Part shown: one piece after another, positions 35,780 through 41,238 of the stretch
Position numbering within the stretch: position 1 is the stretch's first letter
How the letters are laid out: the number at the start of each line of letters is the position of its first letter
Assembly: GCA_044870295.1 (NCBI GenBank)
Contig: JBIOYQ010000190.1
Location: forward strand, 1 to 41,238
Reading direction: 5' to 3'
Source of the DNA: Actinomycetota bacterium
Lineage (GTDB): Bacteria > Actinomycetota > UBA4738
DNA length: 41,238 bases
Program-made: the position numbers and the translations under genes
The notes under the pieces: model-generated
Told to the model about the DNA's origin: nothing
The model's database searches: none
The model's input: the letters and a program-made list of their open reading frames with translations, nothing else

Positions 35780-38236
35780 ATGCGTGACATCGAGGGGGTG
35801 AGGAGGCTGCGAGGCCGGCCCGGGCTCCTCACGTTCGTCCTCCAGGCCCTCATGGTGGGAGCGCTCTACTACCTGGCGGCGCGGCTGGGTCTTCGCCTTG
35901 CCCTGATCGAGCGGAATGTCACACCGTTGTGGCCGCCGACGGGCATCGCGGTCGTGGCGTTCCTCCTGTTGGGGCGGAGGGTCTGGCCGAGCGTCGCGGC
36001 GGCCGCGTTCCTGGTGAACCTGCCGATCACGCCCGATCCCCTGGCGGCCACGGTCACGGCTGCAGGTAACACGCTCGCGCCGTTGGTGGCGGCCGAGCTG
36101 CTGATCAGGCTGGACTTCCATCCCGAGATCGACCGCCTGCGCGACGCGGCCGCGGTCGTGTTCGCCTCCCTGCTCAGCATGCTGATCAGCGCCACCATCG
36201 GGGCGACCACGCTGGTGGTGTGGAACGCCATCCCCTCAGACCGGTTCGCTTCGGCATGGGCGGTGTGGTGGACGGGCGACGCCATGGGCGTGCTGGTCGT
36301 CGCGCCCTTCCTGCTCGGCCTGCTGGTCATGCAGCAGCGCCGCCCCACCACGTGGTCGCGGCGAGCCGAGGCGGTCGTGCTCCTGGTGGCCCTCGCGGCG
36401 GTGACCGTGGCCGTCTCGAGGAACCCGCACGGACTGCTATTCCTCCTCCTCCTCTTGGTGGGGTGGGCGGCCTGGCGGTTCCAGCTTCGGGTGGCCGCAC
36501 CTGCCGCGCTGGTCGTGACCGGCATCGCCACGTGGGCCGCCGCGCACGGTTGGGCCGCGTTCGACGACCGGACGCTGTTCTCCACCATGCTGTTGCTGCA
36601 GGCCTTCAACGCCACGGTGGCCTTGACCTCGTTCGGGTTCGCCGCTCTGGTGACCGAGCGCATGCGCGACCGGGACGCCCTGGAGGGCGCCGCCATCGAA
36701 CTGGAGGACCGGGTTCGCCGGCGCACCGCGGAGCTCCGGCAACGCGAACGTCAGCTGGCCGAGGCCCAGCAGGTGGCACGGATCGGCAGCTGGGAGTGGC
36801 TGGTCCAGGAGGACGAGGTCACCTGGTCCGACGAGATGTACCGCATCCACGGCTACCAGCCCCAGCAGTTCCCCGTCAGTTTCGAGCGGGCCACGGAGCT
36901 GGTGGTGCCGGAGGACCTCGAGCGGATCCGGGACAACGTCGCTGCGCACCTGGCCCACGGGAAAGACTTCTCGACGGCCCCGGCCGAGTACCGGATCGTC
37001 CGGAGCGACGGGTCCGAACGCGTCTTGCGGGGCACCGCCCGGGTCCACTTCAACTCCGAGGGGACGCCGGTGCGCATGGTCGGGACCGTCCAGGACATCA
37101 CCGAGGACAAGCGGGCCGAGCGCGAGCACCGCATCGCGGAGACCCTCCAGCGGAGCCTCTTGCCCGAGCGGCTGCCCGAGGTGCCGGGCATCACCCTGGC
37201 GGCGCGGTACGTGCCCGCCACCAAGGACGCCGACATCGGCGGCGACTGGTACGACGTGGTCGCCCTGCCCGACGGTCGCCTGGGCATCGCCATCGGCGAC
37301 ATCGCCGGCCACGGGTTGCGGGCGGCCGCCACCATGGGGCAGCTCCGGATGGCCCTGCGGGCCTACGCCATCGAGTCCGAGTCGGCCGGCGAGGTGGTGG
37401 CCCGGATGCAACAGCTCGTTCGAGCCCTCGGCATCCCGGACATGGCCACGGTGGTCTACCTGGTGTTCGACCCGGACTCCGGGCTGCTCGTGTTCGCCAA
37501 CGCGGGCCACCCGCCGCCCCTGGTGATCGCGCCGGGAGGCGAGGCGCTGTTCCTGGAGGAAGCGGTGTCGCCGCCGCTCGGCACCATGCCGCACGCCCAG
37601 CACACCGAGTCCACGGCTCGCCTGAGCCCCGGTTCGACGCTGGTCGTGTTCACGGACGGGCTCATCGAACGGCGGGGGGTGTCACTGCGCGACGGCCTGG
37701 AGCGGCTCCGCGTCGCGGCATCGGGGCCCACCGAGGACCTGGAGTCCCTGGCCGACCATCTGTTGACGACCATGGTCGAGGAGGACGTCGAGGACGACAT
37801 CGCCCTGCTGGTCCTGCAGCCGATCCCGCTGGCGGGCCGGCCGCTCCACCTCCGGGTCCCGGCCGAGCCCCGATCGCTGGCGCCGCTTCGCCATACGCTG
37901 CGACGGTGGCTCCGGGAGATCGACGCCGACCGCCAGGAGAGCTACGAGATCCTGGTGGCCTGCGGCGAGGCTTGCTCCAACGCCATCCAGCACCCCTTCG
38001 CCGCCAGGCAGGACGTGCTGGAGATCGACCTGGCGGTGGAGGACGGCCAGGTCGAGCTGGTCGTTCGCGACTCGGGCAAGTGGCGATCGACCTCCTCGGG
38101 CGGCGGCGGGCACGGCATCCCGTTGATCCGCCAGCTCATGGACTCGGTCGACATTCGAAGTGGGCCGGACGGGACCGAGGTCCGCATGCGCCGCCGGCTG
38201 GGAGCAAGGACCGATGAGCGAGCTCGCACACGTTGA
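35780..38236 (+). CDS. MASE1 - PAS - SpoIIE/PP2C phosphatase - HATPase (RsbW-like) multidomain protein
   Basis: LWPPTG and WWTGDAMG (MASE1); IGSWEW..WSDEMYRI..GTVQDITE (PAS); LQRSLLP, GGDWYD, GDIAGHG, NAGHPPP, FTDGL and DDIA (PP2C); EACSNAIQH and GGHGI (HATPase). Confidence 0.92.
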   Translation: MRDIEGVRRLRGRPGLLTFVLQALMVGALYYLAARLGLRLALIERNVTPLWPPTGIAVVAFLLLGRRVWPSVAAAAFLVNLPITPDPLAATVTAAGNTLAPLVAAELLIRLDFHPEIDRLRDAAAVVFASLLSMLISATIGATTLVVWNAIPSDRFASAWAVWWTGDAMGVLVVAPFLLGLLVMQQRRPTTWSRRAEAVVLLVALAAVTVAVSRNPHGLLFLLLLLVGWAAWRFQLRVAAPAALVVTGIATWAAAHGWAAFDDRTLFSTMLLLQAFNATVALTSFGFAALVTERMRDRDALEGAAIELEDRVRRRTAELRQRERQLAEAQQVARIGSWEWLVQEDEVTWSDEMYRIHGYQPQQFPVSFERATELVVPEDLERIRDNVAAHLAHGKDFSTAPAEYRIVRSDGSERVLRGTARVHFNSEGTPVRMVGTVQDITEDKRAEREHRIAETLQRSLLPERLPEVPGITLAARYVPATKDADIGGDWYDVVALPDGRLGIAIGDIAGHGLRAAATMGQLRMALRAYAIESESAGEVVARMQQLVRALGIPDMATVVYLVFDPDSGLLVFANAGHPPPLVIAPGGEALFLEEAVSPPLGTMPHAQHTESTARLSPGSTLVVFTDGLIERRGVSLRDGLERLRVAASGPTEDLESLADHLLTTMVEEDVEDDIALLVLQPIPLAGRPLHLRVPAEPRSLAPLRHTLRRWLREIDADRQESYEILVACGEACSNAIQHPFAARQDVLEIDLAVEDGQVELVVRDSGKWRSTSSGGGGHGIPLIRQLMDSVDIRSGPDGTEVRMRRRLGARTDERARTR

Positions 38237-38561
38237 GATCGAGCCGGGCGACGAGGCCTGGACCGTCTACGTCCGAGGCGAGATCGACATCTCGAACGCG
38301 GCCCGCCTCCTGGCGACCATCGAGGAGCGCATGAGCAACGACACTCCCGCGGTCACCGTGGATCTTTCGGCCACCACGTACCTCGACAGCGCCGGGGTGC
38401 AGATGCTGTTCGTCCTGGCGGAGCGGCTGCGCGACCGCCGCCATCCCGTCCGAGTGATCGTGCCGGAGCGATCGCCGATCCGGGCGGTGCTCGAACTGAC
38501 CGGCCTCCCCACGTTCGTCCCCATGGAAAGCGGCAGCACCCCGGTAGAGTCGAATCCATGA
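38214..38561 (+). CDS. STAS-domain anti-sigma factor antagonist (RsbV-like)
   Basis: GEIDISNA and VDLS..TYLDSAG with the conserved phospho-acceptor Ser; overlaps the upstream gene. Confidence 0.9.
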   Translation: MSELAHVEIEPGDEAWTVYVRGEIDISNAARLLATIEERMSNDTPAVTVDLSATTYLDSAGVQMLFVLAERLRDRRHPVRVIVPERSPIRAVLELTGLPTFVPMESGSTPVESNP

Positions 38562-39232
38562 CCGACCAGGGGGAACCGAGGATCCGGGTCCAGCCAGACG
38601 GTCCGTACCGCGTAACTGGTGCGGCACTGGCGCGCATGCGGCCCGTCGCCGACGGGAACGGCGACCGCGTGGCGTGGGACCGCGGCCCCGAGCTGGACCA
38701 CGACGCCACGTACGATCTGTGCCGGTGCGGCGCCTCCCGCACCATGCCGTTCTGCGACGGCAGCGAGCGCGACGAGGGGTTCGACGGCACGGAGACCGCG
38801 CCTCGGACGGCCTACGCGGATCGCGCCTTCGTCATGGGGAACGATCCGGTCAGGCTGATCGACGATCCGTCGCTCTGCGCCGGAGCGGCGTTCTGCGAGG
38901 CGGTCGACACCGACGTGTGGACGCTGGCCGAGGCCAGCGACGACCCGGCTGCCCAGGCGCGATTCGTCGCGATGGTGCGGCGATGCCCCTCCGGGCGGCT
39001 CGCGCTGCTGTTCCCCGAGGCCACCACCTTCGACGAGGAGCAGCTGCCGCAGGAGATCGGCGTGGTCGACGACGGCCCCTACTGGGTGCGAGGCCGCATC
39101 CCCATCGAGGCGGCCGACGGCACGACCTACGAGGTTCGCAACCGGGTCACCCTGTGTCGGTGTGGCGGGTCGCGGAACAAGCCGTTCTGCGACGGCACGC
39201 ACAAACGGATCCGCTTCCGCGATCCGGCGTGA
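38558..39232 (+). CDS. CDGSH iron-sulfur protein (CDGSH - divergent ferredoxin-like - CDGSH)
   Basis: LCRCGAS..MPFCDGSE and LCRCGGSRNKPFCDGTH flank C..AAFC...CPSG; DGPY motifs; ATGA overlap with the STAS gene. Confidence 0.88.
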   Translation: MTDQGEPRIRVQPDGPYRVTGAALARMRPVADGNGDRVAWDRGPELDHDATYDLCRCGASRTMPFCDGSERDEGFDGTETAPRTAYADRAFVMGNDPVRLIDDPSLCAGAAFCEAVDTDVWTLAEASDDPAAQARFVAMVRRCPSGRLALLFPEATTFDEEQLPQEIGVVDDGPYWVRGRIPIEAADGTTYEVRNRVTLCRCGGSRNKPFCDGTHKRIRFRDPA

Positions 39233-39979
39233 TCAGTGCTGGTGGACGAACAACCCGAACGCGACGCCCTGGGGATCCTCGAACACCGCGATCGACGTGT
39301 CCCCGCCCACCGGCATCGGCTGCAGGATGGTCGTCGCGCCGAGCGACTCAGCTCGCCGCAGGTACGTGGCCAGGTCGTCGACCTGAGCGTAGACGGTGAC
39401 GATCGGCACCCCGCTCGAGGACTGTCCGATGCCGCCCGAGATTCCCTGGCCTGATCCCGTTTCTACGTTCCCATGGACGGTCTGGCCGCTGGAGCCTTCC
39501 TCGATCGACCATCCGAACAGGTCGCGATAGAACGACCACGCCCCCCGAGCATCGGCCGCGTCGATCTGGAACCAGGTCACCGGCGGGTTCTCGCCGCTCG
39601 ACACGCGCGTGCTGCCATCGCCCTGGACCAGGCCGATGACGTTGCCGAACGGGTCGGCGATCAAGGCGAAGGTCACCTCCATGGACTCGGTCACCGGCAA
39701 GACCACCGTGGCGCCGAGAGACTCGGCCTTGTCCAGGACCGACTGGATGTCCGGAGCCTCGGCGTAGACGGTCGTGGCCGCGGGCTGGCCGCCCTGGGTC
39801 AGACCCAGGCCGCCGTTGATCCCATTGGTCCCTTCGTAGGACCTGCTGTGTGTGTCGATCAGGATGTAGTCGGCGTCCGGCACAGCTTCGGTGTGCCACC
39901 CGAACAGTTCCCTGTAGAAGCCCGCCGTCTTCTCCGGGTCGGCCGTGTTGATCTCGAACCAGGTCACCGGGAATCCCAT
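39233..39979 (-). CDS. Two-domain VOC/glyoxalase family protein
   Basis: Duplicated PVTWF.I...D....FYR.LFGW...A..LGA...DP.G. Confidence 0.88.
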   Translation of the reverse strand: MGFPVTWFEINTADPEKTAGFYRELFGWHTEAVPDADYILIDTHSRSYEGTNGINGGLGLTQGGQPAATTVYAEAPDIQSVLDKAESLGATVVLPVTESMEVTFALIADPFGNVIGLVQGDGSTRVSSGENPPVTWFQIDAADARGAWSFYRDLFGWSIEEGSSGQTVHGNVETGSGQGISGGIGQSSSGVPIVTVYAQVDDLATYLRRAESLGATTILQPMPVGGDTSIAVFEDPQGVAFGLFVHQH

Positions 39980-40104
39980 GGTCGTCCCCCTTCTCGATGA
40001 GCAGGATCCAGCTTAACGACGATCGGGAAGGGCCGTCCTCGACAAGGGCCGAGGACCGTACGCGGAGTATGCTTCCGCGTCTCGAGCCCGAAAGGAGCCC
40101 CGCG

Positions 40105-41238
40105 ATGCCCAGACGGCCTCTCAGGCCACTGCTCGGCGTCCTCATTGCTCTCGTGGCACTTCCCTCAGCTGCTCGGGCGGCCGTCCCGCGCGAGTCGACC
40201 TTCCAGCTGGTCAACTGGCATGGGTTCCACATGAATGGGGCCAACAACCGCGTCAACCCTTCCGAGACGATCCTCGACCCTTCGAACGTCTCGCAGCTCA
40301 CCCTTCAATGGACAGTGGAGACCGACGGCGTGATCAATTCGCCTCCGGCGGTTGTTGATGGTGTGGTCTACGTCGGCTCGGGGTACGGCGTCGCCGCAAT
40401 CGACGCTGAGACGGGAACCCAGCTCTGGTCGGCCGATACGGCGAGGTACGTGGTGAACGCCGTGGAAGTCGTCCACGGGGTCGTGTACGCCGGCGACTAC
40501 GGATTTCGGGTCTACGCCTTCGACGCATCGACCGGTCATAAGCTCTGGACGTTCAATTCGAGAGGAGGCGGCGTCGCCACGCCGGCAGTCGTCGACGGTG
40601 TCGTGTACGTGCAAGGGGCCAAGAATCTCTATGCGCTGGACGCCACCACCGGTGACGAGCTGTGGCGTTTCACCGGCGGCTCGACCTCGGCCTACTGGGC
40701 CGCCACCACCGTGGCCCGAGGTGTCGTCTACGCCTCGGGAGGCGCCTACCTGTACGCGCTGGATGCTGGGACTGGAACGGAGCTCTGGCGAGCCTTCGGC
40801 GCATGGAGTGATGCAGCTGTGACCGTGGCCGGCGGGGTGGTCTACAGCACCAACTCGGGCGGACCATTCGCGGTCCGCGCGCTGGACGCGTCGACCGGGG
40901 AGGAGAAGTGGACGCACCTCCTCCAGGCGCCCGTGACCGCCCCTGCCGTCATCGATGGCGTCTTGTACGCCGCTGGCTACTTTTCGGGTCAGGTGGTCGC
41001 GCTCGATGCCGCGACCGGAGCGAACCTCTGGCGAACGAACGTTGGAACGGATTCGCGCGCAGCAGTGACGGTGACCAACGGTGTCGTCTATACGCGAGAC
41101 ATGGACTCGGTACGCGCCCAGGATGCCGGCAACGGGGCCACCCTCTGGAGTGCCCCAATCCAAACCTCTACTGCCGAGCCATCGTCCTCGCCCACGGTGG
41201 TGAACGGCGTCGTCTACGTGGGTTCCGGGTTCGACGGC
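40105..41238 (+). CDS. Secreted PQQ-like/BamB-type beta-propeller, 3'-truncated (not in ORF track)
   Basis: AAAGGAG RBS; signal peptide MPRRPLRPLLGVLIALVALPSAARA; repeated PAVVDGVVYV...YALDA.TG.ELW; open to the window end. Confidence 0.85.
   Translation, partial: MPRRPLRPLLGVLIALVALPSAARAAVPRESTFQLVNWHGFHMNGANNRVNPSETILDPSNVSQLTLQWTVETDGVINSPPAVVDGVVYVGSGYGVAAIDAETGTQLWSADTARYVVNAVEVVHGVVYAGDYGFRVYAFDASTGHKLWTFNSRGGGVATPAVVDGVVYVQGAKNLYALDATTGDELWRFTGGSTSAYWAATTVARGVVYASGGAYLYALDAGTGTELWRAFGAWSDAAVTVAGGVVYSTNSGGPFAVRALDASTGEEKWTHLLQAPVTAPAVIDGVLYAAGYFSGQVVALDAATGANLWRTNVGTDSRAAVTVTNGVVYTRDMDSVRAQDAGNGATLWSAPIQTSTAEPSSSPTVVNGVVYVGSGFDG

Noticed and set aside
1-41238. Prophage, IS or defence island, including Pycsar/CBASS
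   Set aside because: No integrase, transposase or phage genes. No cNMP-binding TM/TIR effector or CD-NTase lies next to the cyclases, and no compositional break is evident by eye.

Overview
High-GC bacterial chromosomal DNA, very probably from an Actinomycetota genome. This is inferred from the gene families present, from leaderless TANNNT-type starts and from SigB/SigF-like promoter candidates. I count about 38 CDSs and see no rRNA, tRNA, CRISPR array, transposase or integrase. The left half is rich in signalling genes. It opens with a 5'-truncated STAND/AAA-TPR-LuxR regulator carrying a 1-nt frameshift at a C5 run, followed 4 nt later by an unusual ferredoxin-class III nucleotidyl cyclase fusion with non-canonical base-selecting residues and then a small alpha/beta-barrel protein. 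It also holds a SulP-arylsulfatase-FGE operon, a CaCA antiporter, DUF202, two paralogous zinc-ribbon-cyclase-STAND-TPR proteins, a Tat amidase and a PYROXD2-like oxidoreductase. The right half is stress and repair oriented: hemerythrin, PhyH dioxygenase, VOC proteins, HelD-like ATPase, cyclophilin, RtcB, Ku, a MASE1-PAS-SpoIIE-HATPase/STAS/CDGSH operon and three secreted beta-propellers. Features missing from the ORF track are a 59-aa membrane protein, a start-less SBP-like relic, a 47-codon leaderless ORF coupled to rtcB that begins like the cyclase zinc ribbons, a perfect 39-bp palindrome whose AGTCTC-N5-GAGACT core recurs between rtcB and ku, and a PQQ-like propeller running off the right end. 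All product calls come from reading motifs by eye, with no database search.
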